A stretch of DNA of 64,000 nucleotides, from positions 9,679-73,678 of the forward strand of contig CAZIDL010000003.1 of the NCBI GenBank assembly GCA_964537825.1, given 5' to 3'. Source of the stretch: an uncultured Weeksellaceae bacterium (lineage in GTDB: Bacteria; Bacteroidota; Bacteroidia; Flavobacteriales_D; CAYVSK01). The notes below the pieces were generated by a model that was not told the origin of the DNA, did not search any database, and saw only the letters and a program-made list of their open reading frames with translations. Numbering within the stretch: position 1 is the stretch's first letter; the number at the start of each line of letters is the position of its first letter. Position numbers and translations under genes: made by a program. Shown piece by piece: positions 63,079-64,000 of the stretch.

Positions 63079-64000
63079 TGGAGAACGGGTTCGAAGGATA
63101 CCGAGAGCGGATCGAAGAAGGGTTGCGGAAGGTTTTGGACGAGCGGGAAAGGCACGACCCCCTTTACCATCCGATCGAGCACATGCTCGGCATCGGGGGC
63201 AAACGCATGCGTCCGGTCGCCGTGATGATCGCGTGCGAGGCCTTCGAAGGCGATCCTTCCGATGCCCTTCATCCCGCCCTCGGGATCGAGCTCTTCCACA
63301 ACTTCACCCTGATGCACGACGATCTGATGGACGAAGCGCCCCTGCGAAGGGGCGAGCCGACCGTCTATCACCGTTCGGGTCGCAATATGGCCGTTCTCTC
63401 AGGCGATGCCATGTTCGTGAAGGCCTACCAACAGATGCTCCATGCAGAGCCTTCTTTGATCACTCCTTTGTTGGAGGATTTCAACCGGGCCGCGCTCGAG
63501 GTTTGCGAAGGCCAGCGGACGGACATGGCCTTCGAAGAGCGGGGGGATGTGGGGATTGAAGAGTACCTCCGGATGATCGCTTCCAAGACCGCTGCTCTGC
63601 TGGGGGCTGCCTTGAAGATCGGTGGGCGGATCGCGGGAGCTGCCGGCAAGGATCTGGAACGGCTCGAATTGATGGGGCGGGACCTTGGCATGGCCTTTCA
63701 GATCCAGGACGATCTCCTGGATGTTTACGGGGATGAGGGCAAATTCGGAAAGCGCAAGGGCGGGGACATCGTGGCAGGGAAAAAGACCTACCTCCTCATC
63801 CGGGCCTTTGAGAAAGCCGATGAGGGGCAGCGGGAATGCCTGAAGAACGCCCTGGCCGATACCGAAGCGGAACGGAAGGTGGAGGATGTGATCCGCATAT
63901 ACGATGAATTGGGTGTGCGGGTGGAGGCGCGGGAGCGGAGCGAGGCTTATTTCGAAGAAGCTTTGGCTGTGATCCAGGAGCTGAGCGTGGAAGAGGCCCG
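63079..64000 (+). CDS. polyprenyl diphosphate synthase (trans-isoprenyl diphosphate synthase family), 3' end outside window
   Basis: This ORF is not in the supplied track because it has no stop in the window. I translated frame 1 by hand from ATG 63079 to the end without finding a stop. It contains GGKRMRP, the first Asp-rich motif LMHDDLMD and the second motif FQIQDDLLD. Confidence 0.9.

Noticed and set aside
62154-63371. 405-aa minus-strand ORF covering rfbA and the start of the polyprenyl synthase gene
   Set aside because: It lies antisense to two genes with textbook motifs. Its translation is low-information (G/P/R/D/V-rich) with no motif. This is the typical shadow ORF of a GC-rich coding strand.

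Overview
Gene-dense chromosomal segment that looks like Bacteroidota, with mid-50s % GC judged by eye. The phylum call rests on three things: T9SS type-B C-terminal sorting domains, a PorP/SprF gene, and TAnnTTTG-type promoter boxes. I call about 50 CDS, one tRNA-Ser(GGA), one canonical intrinsic terminator and a few weaker hairpins and promoter boxes.

Most of the window is housekeeping:
- DNA repair and competence: radA, comF, dprA.
- Translation block: rplM-rpsI-rpsB-tsf-pyrH-frr.
- Metabolism: gdhA, kbl, asparaginase, TatD, hemJ, bcp.
- Envelope sugar genes: kdsB, rfbA, the rfaE domain II adenylyltransferase, a GT9 heptosyltransferase-like gene and a polyprenyl synthase.
- Also a two-component system, a TetR-TolC-MFP-RND efflux operon and an ExbB/ExbD cluster.

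The accessory-looking content is:
- Two giant T9SS type-B cargo proteins, at 14708-19567 and 40548-44111.
- A co-directional five-gene locus at 38302-47070: a tail-fibre-like glycine-rich repeat protein, a 79-aa ORF, type-B cargo, PorP/SprF and a TPR/PD40/OmpA anchor.
- A 1181-aa uncharacterised outer-membrane-type protein at 5781-9326.
- An orphan radical SAM/SPASM enzyme.

I found no CRISPR array, transposase, integrase, prophage or recognisable defence system. The 38.3-47.1 kb locus is my best candidate for something not yet described, but that is an inference from gene order and motifs only. The many long antisense ORFs in the six-frame track are shadow ORFs of a GC-rich coding strand and are rejected.
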